From Pseudomonadota bacterium (lineage in GTDB: Bacteria; Bdellovibrionota; UBA1018; CAIMNF01), in assembly GCA_027491115.1 (NCBI GenBank), contig JAIXWV010000020.1:229975-293974 (forward strand): 64,000 bases of DNA. The letters are read 5' to 3'. The position numbers and the translations under genes were made by a program. This document shows positions 48,740-57,308 of this stretch, one piece after another. Position 1 is the first letter of the stretch; each line of letters opens with the position of its first letter. The notes below the pieces were generated by a model that saw only the letters and a list, made by a program, of their open reading frames with translations, was not told where the DNA came from and searched no databases.

Positions 48740-51709
48740 TCACACGCGAGTCTCCCGATCCGACTCGAAATCGTTTCCTGCATTCAACATTTCAAAATAC
48801 TTTCCTCGGGTCGACATCAGGAAATCATGATCTCCTTCCTCGATTACGTGCCCCCCCTCCACAACCAGAATACGATCGACATTCCTCACAGTGGAGAGAC
48901 GATGGGCGATGATAATCGCCGTACTCCCATGAAACACTTCCTTGAGGTTCCTCGCCACAATCCCCTCTGAGTCTGCGTCGAGAGAGGAGGTCGCCTCATC
49001 AAGAATGATCACGCGGTTTCTACGGTAGAGTGCCCGAGCGAGGATCAACCTCTGCTTCTGGCCTCCTGAGAGGCCCAATCCCCCCTCCCCCAGTCGATAT
49101 TCGTACTGGTTCGGAAGCTCATGGATGAACTCATCGCAGTTCGCTAGGCCAGCAGCCCACCGGATCCGGTCCATGTCGGGGGTATCGTCTCCATAAGCGA
49201 TATTGTCGCTAATCGTACCCGAGAACACCTTGGAGTCCTGGTTCACATATGCGACTTGACTACGAACTGTAGACAGATTGAGGGAGTTGATGTTGACCCC
49301 GTCGAGTTCAATTGCACCCTTTTGAACCCTATAGAATCCTGCGATGAGGTTCGCGATGGTCGACTTCCCTGATCCGCTACTGCCCACGATCGCTACGACC
49401 TCACCTGGCCGTACCCTGAAGTCCATGTCACGGAGAACTGGGGGGCCCTCCGGGCGGTACTGAAACGAGACACACTTGAAACAGATTTCGCCGCGTAATG
49501 AAATACGGATTCCCGACCCGACATCGTCCTGAGACTGTTCAGACGGTGACAACAGGATCTGTCCTACTCTTTCGAGTGAAAGTTTCACATTCTCCCAGTC
49601 CAATACCATCGAGCTCAAGCTTGAAACTGGACTAGAAACCATCTTCAAATAAAGGTTAATCGAGATCAGCTCGCCCGGCGTGAGCCGCCCATCGAGCACT
49701 CCGCGGGCAGCCAGATACAATCCCACAACCGATCCCGTACCAGAAATCAACGAAGTCACTAAACCGAAGTGATTCATCCTCATTTGAAGCCGATAACCTC
49801 GAGCTCCGAGGGAAACGAGCAATCCCTCCCAACGATCGAGAATCTCGCGCGTTACGGAATTAGCTTTGATGGTCTGGATCGAAGACACCATTTCCGCAAG
49901 GAAGCTATCTAGCTTTACCTCATCCCTGAATAACAGTTTCGATTCCTCGACATATCCTTTTTTAAAAATCAGATTGCCGAACAAAAGACTTACAAAAATG
50001 GCTGCTGGTATAGCGAGGTACTCTGCTCCAAAGGTAGAGAGCATCACGCTCCCCGCCACGACCATGAGGACATCCACTAACAGGCTAATGGCGCCTGTCG
50101 AAATGAAGCGTCGAATTCCGCTCATTTCAGACATCCGAGCAACCACCTCCCCGATTCGGTCTCCAGTAAAAAGATTGGGATGAGCCGCAAGGTACCGATG
50201 ATAAAAAACAGAACTCAGATGGAAGTTTGACTGATTAGTGAATTCATTGATCACAAACTTCTGAGCTGTCCTCGAGACAATTGAAAAAAGTCCTAGAGCA
50301 AAAATCAATCCGACCACTCCCCAGACGAGTCCGGGTTCCTTCAGGGGCAGAATGTCGTCAAACAGGTACTGCATCACTTTTGGAAGAATGGTCTCAATCC
50401 CGACTACAAGTCCGAGTAGCATCAGAAAGGTCAGAAAAAACGACCGATAAGGACTCAGCAACTCCCAGATGATTCTCATGACTCGAAATTGCTTGCGCTC
50501 CGTCGATTCACCCTCAGGAACCCCCTCAGCCCGGGATCTAACCTCGATCAGGGTCCTGTTCCAGATCTTTCCGATCTCATCGAGAGAAGCCCTTCGGAGT
50601 CCCGACATTCCATCATAAAGAATCCACTCACTCGCTTTACATTCGAGCACCACCACAACTCGCTTGTTCACTAGAATACAAAATGGACAGCGATTCTGGG
50701 GCCCCGCTCTTTCTGCTTTCCAAATTTTTACATATAAGCCCTGTGACTCAAGGACCTCAGCCAAAACTAAGGGGGTCCTTGCACGCTTGAGCGACAACCC
50801 CTTGGCTAGTGCTTCGGAATCAACAACCACTCCCGCCAGAGATCCATAAACACGGAGCGCATCGACGGTAGCCTCAGTGAGCGTCTTGGCCTGACGGGAA
50901 CGCTGATCGATCTGCGACCACCGCTCATCTTCCATCGACTCGCCAACCATCTCGATCACTTCCGATCCCACCACGGGGACCGCCCTAATTGCACGCTTCA
51001 GGCAGGAGTTTGAATCAAGAACCATCATCAATTCAGCGAAATCATCCTTAGGAAGCGGCATGGAATTGATCACTGCCGCGGTAAGGGCTTCGCAAGAAAA
51101 CCGATCTAGGACGAACCAGGAGCCCGACCCGAGAAACTGGGGAGTAGCATACTCAGAATCGGAGGCGTCCGGATGAAGAAGAACCTCTCCTTCATCTACC
51201 CAATAAAGAGCCCCCTGATCGTTTCTACTTAGCACTTCACCTTTTTGAAGCGACTGCCCCTTACCGTTTGTTTCGCCGAAAAAACGCACCAAACGACCCG
51301 CAGGAATTCCGCTGGAGCGGAACAAGGCATCGAGATTCTCTAAAGCGGAACAACTGAATACGGTCTTGAGATACCAACTCCCCTCATTGTTTTTTCGGAA
51401 AGACGTTTCAATCAGGTCGACTGAAACACTTAGGAACCATACAGGGAAAGGGGCTATGTAATCTTGTGCATGCGTTTGATTGAGGATCCACTCCCGAAGA
51501 CCATAGGCCCATGGAGAACTCAGCCCGGATACGGAAAAAAGTATATGCTTAACCGATTCTCCCTTTCGAAAGATCAGCTCTCCCTCTTTGTAGGAAACTA
51601 TCCTGCTCGAGATCAAGCAATCTGTTTCAAGACTGGGAAACAACTCCAGCAAACGCTTGAACTGGGAGGAACGATGGATCACCTGGGAAACATTCATGCC
51701 CGGAGTCAT
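48740..51709 (-). CDS. NHLM-type ABC exporter with N-terminal cNMP-binding-like domains and a degenerate C39-like domain
   Basis: 989 aa. N-terminal cNMP-binding-like segments (e.g. YKEGELIFRKGESVKHILFSVSGL), a C39-like region lacking the catalytic Cys context, a 6-TM ABC exporter domain, Walker A GSSGSGKST, signature LSGGQKQR, Walker B ILDEATS. Confidence 0.75.
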   Translation of the reverse strand: MTPGMNVSQVIHRSSQFKRLLELFPSLETDCLISSRIVSYKEGELIFRKGESVKHILFSVSGLSSPWAYGLREWILNQTHAQDYIAPFPVWFLSVSVDLIETSFRKNNEGSWYLKTVFSCSALENLDALFRSSGIPAGRLVRFFGETNGKGQSLQKGEVLSRNDQGALYWVDEGEVLLHPDASDSEYATPQFLGSGSWFVLDRFSCEALTAAVINSMPLPKDDFAELMMVLDSNSCLKRAIRAVPVVGSEVIEMVGESMEDERWSQIDQRSRQAKTLTEATVDALRVYGSLAGVVVDSEALAKGLSLKRARTPLVLAEVLESQGLYVKIWKAERAGPQNRCPFCILVNKRVVVVLECKASEWILYDGMSGLRRASLDEIGKIWNRTLIEVRSRAEGVPEGESTERKQFRVMRIIWELLSPYRSFFLTFLMLLGLVVGIETILPKVMQYLFDDILPLKEPGLVWGVVGLIFALGLFSIVSRTAQKFVINEFTNQSNFHLSSVFYHRYLAAHPNLFTGDRIGEVVARMSEMSGIRRFISTGAISLLVDVLMVVAGSVMLSTFGAEYLAIPAAIFVSLLFGNLIFKKGYVEESKLLFRDEVKLDSFLAEMVSSIQTIKANSVTREILDRWEGLLVSLGARGYRLQMRMNHFGLVTSLISGTGSVVGLYLAARGVLDGRLTPGELISINLYLKMVSSPVSSLSSMVLDWENVKLSLERVGQILLSPSEQSQDDVGSGIRISLRGEICFKCVSFQYRPEGPPVLRDMDFRVRPGEVVAIVGSSGSGKSTIANLIAGFYRVQKGAIELDGVNINSLNLSTVRSQVAYVNQDSKVFSGTISDNIAYGDDTPDMDRIRWAAGLANCDEFIHELPNQYEYRLGEGGLGLSGGQKQRLILARALYRRNRVIILDEATSSLDADSEGIVARNLKEVFHGSTAIIIAHRLSTVRNVDRILVVEGGHVIEEGDHDFLMSTRGKYFEMLNAGNDFESDRETRV

Positions 51710-52281
51710 GATCGATCAGCCGCGACTCCGATGTTGAACCAATCTCGCAAGATCTTACCCAAGGGGGTCCAATAACCCTGCACCACCATCGCGTTAACGT
51801 GCATCCCTGGCCGTAGGGCTGAGTCTCCAGACAAAATTCTGGCATCATTCGAAAATGGTCCGGACACCGCAGCAGAATAAGTTGGGGGTGAACCCATCGG
51901 CTCATTCCGGATCGACTCAATCACTCCCTCAAAAGGTGGAATCAACTTTTCCGAGACCCCATCCACTCTCAAAATGACTCGCATTCCTTTTTTTATCTGG
52001 AGTGTTTCAGAGACACCCAATTGGACCAAGGCGATTAGACGGGAGTCCTTGCCATCGATCTGTGCGAGAACCCCCCTTGAACTCACCGTATGCGGTGCCT
52101 CGAAAAAAGAAGCGTACCCCACCGTCAATCCAAGCAACACCAGCAGGAGTCGCACCGAATAACTAACCGCGGCACTTGGTCTTGAAGCGACAAACTCAGC
52201 CATCCCCCAAGATACCTTCGACGGGCTGTACGTCACCGCTTCTTCGGAGGAGTCGGAACGCTCGGCGGGTTCAATGTGCAT
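51706..52281 (-). CDS. short HlyD-family periplasmic adaptor lacking the coiled-coil hairpin
   Basis: 191 aa with a single N-terminal TM and a beta-rich C-terminal membrane-fusion-protein domain (GMRVILRV...GMHVNAMV); overlaps the ABC gene stop by 4 nt. Confidence 0.55.
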   Translation of the reverse strand: MHIEPAERSDSSEEAVTYSPSKVSWGMAEFVASRPSAAVSYSVRLLLVLLGLTVGYASFFEAPHTVSSRGVLAQIDGKDSRLIALVQLGVSETLQIKKGMRVILRVDGVSEKLIPPFEGVIESIRNEPMGSPPTYSAAVSGPFSNDARILSGDSALRPGMHVNAMVVQGYWTPLGKILRDWFNIGVAADRS

Positions 52282-52367
52282 ACCTTAATTTCAACATATT
52301 TCTCCCTCTTTTGCACAGCTCTTGCTAAAATAATTGTGTCCTGAACCCTGACAGAAATGGATCCTTC

Positions 52368-54899
52368 TTGAGTAATGAACACACAAAGGCGTTACTGACT
52401 CTTGCAAGCGATCTCACATTCTTCAACTTCAACGAAGTGGAGATTCATGAAACTCTAGAACTGTTTCGACAGATGAGTGAGAATCTTCAGCCGCGAACCG
52501 GCGAACGAGCCGTGATCATATCGCTCGAATCGGGCGCTTACCGGATGACGCTCGGCCCCCCCCGACCCGAACCTGGGTTCGACGGGGAGCTGATTTTCCT
52601 TACCGAAGAAACTTGGTCTTCCCGAGTAGGCAAGGAGAAGACTGCACCCTTCCTGGATTTCCTCGAGCATGAGATTCCCAGCGAAGCTCACCTCAGCGGT
52701 GAACAAACCACAACTGACCCAGACGAGGAGATTCGGCTTTTCCACAAAAACTCAAATGCACCAGAAGGAAAACCCGTATTTATCCCTCAACACGACGAGA
52801 TGGACTGCGGAGCCGCCTGTCTTTCGATGATCGCGCATTATTACGGGAAAAAGATATCTGTCCCTGACTATCGCTCAAGAGTCCATGTTACCCGCGAAGG
52901 GGCCTCCATGCTCGCCCTCAAACGCGCGGCCGAACAAACCGGTTTCGACGCAATCGGAATCTACTCTGGATTAAACTCGAATCTACTTCAGGTTCGCACT
53001 CCGTTCATCGCCCTCATGGACTATCATTTTGTCGTGGTCTATACGGTGACGGAGAAAGAATTCCTAGTTGGGGATCCCGCAGTTGGAATTAGATCAATCC
53101 CACTGGAAGAAATAAGAAAGTCGTGGTCGAAGTTCCTGCTCCTATTGAAGCCAAACTCCACTTTCAAAGACCAGAAAGAGAGCTCACCTACATTTAGAAA
53201 GTATCGACGTGTTTTTCAAGGAGAAGGAGGCCGCCTTTTCGATATCGCGACCGCATCGATCTTGAGCTTATCTGTAGGGGTGATCACACCACTCTTCATG
53301 CAAACCGTTTTCGATCGTGTATTCAGCGAAAAAAGCCAGGATGGACTCACGGCCTTGGTCATTGCCTCAGTGGCCGCCACAGTCGCATCGACTTTCTTGG
53401 GCTGGGTGAGCACCTACACATTCTCCCATTTATCCATTCGTCTAGATTCCAAGTTCTCCGCTCTGTTCATGCGACACACCCTATCTCTACCCTCTGGATT
53501 TTTCGCTGTGAGGCGGGTCGGAGACATTACCACACGTGTTCAAGAGTTGGGCGTGTTGAGGAGTTTTTTTACTGGGGATCTCCTCGCGTTGCTGATGTCA
53601 CTCCTGTCTGCGGTCATGTATTCAGTTCTTGCGGCGCTTTACGACTGGAGAATCCCTCTTCTGGTATTCTGTCTTCTTTTCTTTCAGGTACTTTTCGTTC
53701 TTAAAATTTCAAAGAAAATCTCTGAAATTTACCAGCAGTCCTTTAAGTCTTCGACGAAGAGTCAAAGCCTTCTTTATGAACAGATCCATTCGATCGAGAC
53801 GCTTAAAATCCTCAATCAGACAACTCCGGCCCGCTGGCGATGGGAAGAAACTCTTCTAGACTCCCTCAGGCTTCAAAGAAAACTCGGTCTATATACTGCA
53901 ATTTCAGCAGGCAGCTCGGAATTCTTTAGAGAAGCCTCCCTCAATATTTGTATCTTTCTATGCCTTTATCTTTACCTACTGAACGATCTGACTCTCGGTC
54001 AGATTGTGGCGGTCACTGCCCTGATCGGGAACATCACACCGGCGATTGTTCATCTGGTAGAGTCACTTACTACCATCAGCCAAATCAAGGTCTCTCTTGC
54101 AAGGGTGGATGACGTGATCACTTCGTCTCCAGAGAAGACCGAGGGTCGCATGGATTTCGATCCTTACGGAAAGATCGAGTTCAGAGGAGTATCATTCCAG
54201 TACGGAAATGAGTTATCGCCATATGCCCTCCGGAATGTGGATCTAACCATCAACTCCGGGCAGTCGGTGGCTTTTGTGGGAACAAGCGGTTCTGGCAAAA
54301 CAACTCTTGCCCAGATGATCGGGCTACTCCATCGCCCCACACAAGGCAGTATCCTGATTGATGGTGTCGACATCACCACTTTGGACCTGGAGAGACTCAG
54401 ACAGCATGTCGGAATGGTCCTTCAGGAAAACAACCTCTTCAGCGCGAGCGTACTAGACAACATCACCCTAGGGGACCCAAACCCATCCCGACAAAAGGCG
54501 ATCGAGGCAGCCAAGATCGCTCAGATCGACGAACTGATTCAGACTCTGCCTGGGACATATGATTATCTGATCGACCCAGTTCACTCCGGCCTTTCGATGG
54601 GCCAAAAGCAAAGAATTGGAATTGCGCGAGCAGCCTATAGGAATCAAGCCATCCTTATCCTAGATGAGGCAACCTCTGCGCTTGATGGAATCACAGAGAA
54701 AAAAATCATTGAAGCTCTGATGCGGCACCGGAAAGGCAAGACAACAGTGGTAATCGCTCACCGGCTTTCTACTGTTTCTGGAGTGGACCAGATCTGTGTT
54801 TTTGAAAAGGGCACTCTGGCTGAAAAGGGAACCCTGAAGACTCTCACTCGAAGAAGGGGGAGATTCAGCGAACTATTCGCCAATCAACTTCAATTCTGA
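52368..54899 (+). CDS. peptidase-C39-containing ABC transporter (PCAT, double-glycine leader processing exporter)
   Basis: C39 catalytic motif QHDEMDCGAACLSMIAHYYG, 6-TM exporter domain, Walker A GTSGSGKTT, signature LSMGQKQR, Walker B ILDEATS; 843 aa. Confidence 0.85.
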   Translation: MSNEHTKALLTLASDLTFFNFNEVEIHETLELFRQMSENLQPRTGERAVIISLESGAYRMTLGPPRPEPGFDGELIFLTEETWSSRVGKEKTAPFLDFLEHEIPSEAHLSGEQTTTDPDEEIRLFHKNSNAPEGKPVFIPQHDEMDCGAACLSMIAHYYGKKISVPDYRSRVHVTREGASMLALKRAAEQTGFDAIGIYSGLNSNLLQVRTPFIALMDYHFVVVYTVTEKEFLVGDPAVGIRSIPLEEIRKSWSKFLLLLKPNSTFKDQKESSPTFRKYRRVFQGEGGRLFDIATASILSLSVGVITPLFMQTVFDRVFSEKSQDGLTALVIASVAATVASTFLGWVSTYTFSHLSIRLDSKFSALFMRHTLSLPSGFFAVRRVGDITTRVQELGVLRSFFTGDLLALLMSLLSAVMYSVLAALYDWRIPLLVFCLLFFQVLFVLKISKKISEIYQQSFKSSTKSQSLLYEQIHSIETLKILNQTTPARWRWEETLLDSLRLQRKLGLYTAISAGSSEFFREASLNICIFLCLYLYLLNDLTLGQIVAVTALIGNITPAIVHLVESLTTISQIKVSLARVDDVITSSPEKTEGRMDFDPYGKIEFRGVSFQYGNELSPYALRNVDLTINSGQSVAFVGTSGSGKTTLAQMIGLLHRPTQGSILIDGVDITTLDLERLRQHVGMVLQENNLFSASVLDNITLGDPNPSRQKAIEAAKIAQIDELIQTLPGTYDYLIDPVHSGLSMGQKQRIGIARAAYRNQAILILDEATSALDGITEKKIIEALMRHRKGKTTVVIAHRLSTVSGVDQICVFEKGTLAEKGTLKTLTRRRGRFSELFANQLQF

Positions 54900-55651
54900 T
54901 CGTCCCGATCCACCCAGGAAAGAGTCATCTCGATCCGCACTCGTCTCCGATCCTCGATACAGCTTTCAAGCAGATATCTTGCCTCCTCCTGATACTGTGC
55001 GCAGGAGAACTGCGATGCAAGCCTAGATTCGATCCTCTCAACTAAACCTGCCGTCCACTTGAAGTGATGAACTGGAACCGCTAGCTCCGCTCTCTTGACC
55101 GAAGCAGGATCTTCAAGCACCCGATGGAGCCCGGGGCCCAATCGCACGACCGGCCTTGATAGGGGAACCTTGGTGGAAGAACCCTTCAGAATGTCGGCTG
55201 TGAAAAGCGCCTGAACCGGAAACTGCGCAAAGATCGAAGTGGTCCCCAAGACCGGGTTCAAAGCTCCAAGAGGAGCGAATCGATCAATTAGAGTTCCTCC
55301 CAGATAGTCGTACGGACTAACAATCAGCTGGGAAAGAAACCCCGGGTCCAAGCTCACGAATTCGTCACTATCCACTGTCCAGACCCACTGGTCAGACTTC
55401 AAGACCGTGGACTTGTACTCGGAGATCTTGGCCACTCTTTGCAACTCGTCCACCGAACCCACACTCGACTCGATCAGGGTCACTGGATTCTGCGCGAACA
55501 AAGCCAGGTAAGGGTGCACCGAATCCTGGATTCCAAGAGGATTACTGAAAAAAAGATGAAATCTCTCAACTCCCATCTTTCGGTAAAAGCGGAACCATTG
55601 CGACAGGATGTCGATCGAGTCTGCGGTCGAAACATAGGCAACCAGATTCAT
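54890..55651 (-). CDS. GT92-like (former DUF23) nucleotide-sugar glycosyltransferase
   Basis: ILSQWFRFYRKMGVERFHLFF resembles the GT92 EWIEYH..GV.HFYIY block; DxD-type VDSDEFV. Confidence 0.45.
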   Translation of the reverse strand: MNLVAYVSTADSIDILSQWFRFYRKMGVERFHLFFSNPLGIQDSVHPYLALFAQNPVTLIESSVGSVDELQRVAKISEYKSTVLKSDQWVWTVDSDEFVSLDPGFLSQLIVSPYDYLGGTLIDRFAPLGALNPVLGTTSIFAQFPVQALFTADILKGSSTKVPLSRPVVRLGPGLHRVLEDPASVKRAELAVPVHHFKWTAGLVERIESRLASQFSCAQYQEEARYLLESCIEDRRRVRIEMTLSWVDRDDQN

Positions 55652-55669
55652 GTTGCGACACCACTCGTT

Positions 55670-56758
55670 TCAAAACCGTACATACTGATCTCCCCTAACC
55701 AATAACCCCAACCCCATCATCGACTCGATTTCACGAGGATTGAAAAAAGCAATCTCCTCACGGTAGTATTCCGGCAAGAGGGCCTCTTTCCCGGCCAGAA
55801 CCATATCTCGGGCCTCTGGAATCACCCCCTCGGGCCGAATTCCACTCTCCGACTCCTCGTACTGGTTGATCCGATGGAGGTTGAAACCCGAGACTCGACG
55901 GCGGAACATCTCGAACCCACACATCGGGAAATGGAGAATAAGTGCGCTCATACTGTCATCAATCACCACTGAAGCATTGGTAAGATCGGGGTGGTAGTGA
56001 TGCACCGTAGAGGGAGTTTCGATATCTATGAAGTGCCTCGGCCTGAAAACACTCTTTCCATGAGCATACCCGACGAAAGGAAATCTCCGAAAGGCGCGAT
56101 ATCTCATGTACAACCATTGCTTCTCACTCAATATGAAGCGGGTCTTTTTAAAGAGTGCCACCTCTCGAAAGGCGTCTCGGTACTCAATCTGCTGGGGAAC
56201 TGCCTCAACATTAGGAACAAATACCTCTGAGACACGATCATCGAATCGACTCAGATACTCGCTCACTCCGCCACAGGTTCTATCGACCCCAAATAGCTCG
56301 TCTGAATCGAGGTGACAAAGCCAGTCTATTCCCTCCTGAGCAGCGAGTCGTGTGGCATACCCAGTATTGAGCTGCTGCCGCGTCACCACTCTTCTGGAGT
56401 AGGTCTCAGCATGATTCTGATAAAAAATAGTTTTTTGGAGCACCTGCAAGAGGCGGTCGTCATGCTGAATAATCTGCACAAAAGAAGAAAATTCTGACGC
56501 CTGTAGAAGTTCCAAAAATGCGGCGTCATAAGCTGGATCATCCAGAAAAAGATACACCTTTTCAAACCCAACTGAACGGTGGTGACTTAGAAAACTAAAA
56601 AATCCGGAATCAAGCCCTTTGGCTGTAGTCACCAGTGCGGACTTCAACCCATCCCCCAAAAAAGAAAAAGGGCGTCCTTCTTCAACAAAGAAGGACGCCC
56701 CGAAATCATTACTTACCGCCGGCTTTGACCGCACCAGGCTTAGCCCCGGCAGGAGCAA
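55670..56758 (-). CDS. GT92-like glycosyltransferase (second copy)
   Basis: SVGFEKVYLFLDDP and LDSDELFG motifs, a paralog of the preceding gene. The first-listed start is TTG; the true start is uncertain and may lie downstream. Confidence 0.45.
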   Translation of the reverse strand: MLLPGLSLVRSKPAVSNDFGASFFVEEGRPFSFLGDGLKSALVTTAKGLDSGFFSFLSHHRSVGFEKVYLFLDDPAYDAAFLELLQASEFSSFVQIIQHDDRLLQVLQKTIFYQNHAETYSRRVVTRQQLNTGYATRLAAQEGIDWLCHLDSDELFGVDRTCGGVSEYLSRFDDRVSEVFVPNVEAVPQQIEYRDAFREVALFKKTRFILSEKQWLYMRYRAFRRFPFVGYAHGKSVFRPRHFIDIETPSTVHHYHPDLTNASVVIDDSMSALILHFPMCGFEMFRRRVSGFNLHRINQYEESESGIRPEGVIPEARDMVLAGKEALLPEYYREEIAFFNPREIESMMGLGLLVRGDQYVRF

Positions 56759-57146
56759 CGCCTTGCTTCACCGCGGTGGCGGCACTTGCCTTCTGGAATG
56801 GGAACTTGGATGCTGCTCTGAAGCCAGCGCCACCCACCACCAGGTTCGCAAACCGGGCGGATGCGGTGAGCTCGTCGGTGGAGATACCACCTCCGGCGAG
56901 AACCGCCATCTGGGAATCACTCAGCTTCTTCATTCCCCATTCGGAGTCGAAATGAATCAGGTCATCGAACTCTTCAAAGGTTGAGCAAACTCTGGCGACT
57001 TTACCGAGTGACAGTGCGTCTGCTGCGTCAACGGTAGGTCCGAGTAGTTTTGCTTTGGCTTTGATAGAGGTTTCGTCATCCCTTCTAAACGACTCATAAA
57101 CAGACTTCAGAATCACCTTTGGAATACGCCCCTTGGACATCGACAT
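56709..57146 (-). CDS. candidate RiPP precursor: NHLP/Nif11-like leader ending in a double-glycine motif plus a Gly/Ala/Lys-rich core
   Basis: Strong RBS (GGTAAGGAGAAAGC-ATG) and an AT-rich upstream region. Residues 1 to about 86 form the leader, with ...MKKLSDSQMAVLAGG(G) at 72-87 matching the LSxxELxxVxGG consensus. KAKLLGPTVDAADALSLG resembles the NHLP/Nif11 helical block. The 58-59-aa core is ISTDELTASARFANLVVGGAGFRAASKFPFQKASAATAVKQGVAPAGAKPGAVKAGGK. Flanked by a C39-PCAT cassette. Confidence 0.55.
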   Translation of the reverse strand: MSMSKGRIPKVILKSVYESFRRDDETSIKAKAKLLGPTVDAADALSLGKVARVCSTFEEFDDLIHFDSEWGMKKLSDSQMAVLAGGGISTDELTASARFANLVVGGAGFRAASKFPFQKASAATAVKQGVAPAGAKPGAVKAGGK

Positions 57147-57308
57147 GCTTTCTCCTTACCAGCGGAATAAAAGTAACCGCTTTTACATGATTGTAATGTT
57201 TCCTTGTCGGATCAGGTAACAAATAATTAATATTTTTTATGTAAAAAAAGCCGTCTGATTCAAGGGGTTCCATAGAGGTGTCAAAAATGACACTCACCAA
57301 TTCGAGCC

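Noticed and set aside
52279-52290. A single AATTTCAAC 9-mer in the ABC-cassette divergent promoter region, as an independent operator.
   Set aside because: A single 9-mer match is expected by chance about 0.5 times in 64 kb on both strands. I kept it only as a supporting observation alongside the clear triple-site cluster at 33883-33920.
56931-56933. An alternative start of the precursor at internal Met72 (MKKLSDSQMAVLAGG), which would give a short classical 15-aa double-glycine leader.
   Set aside because: The upstream ATG at 57146 has a much better SD (AAGGAG, 6-nt spacing) and an AT-rich promoter. The GGGGA immediately abuts the internal ATG, so the spacing is poor. The 86-aa N-terminal region also resembles long NHLP/Nif11 leaders. 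The short-leader alternative is not excluded and is noted in the finding.
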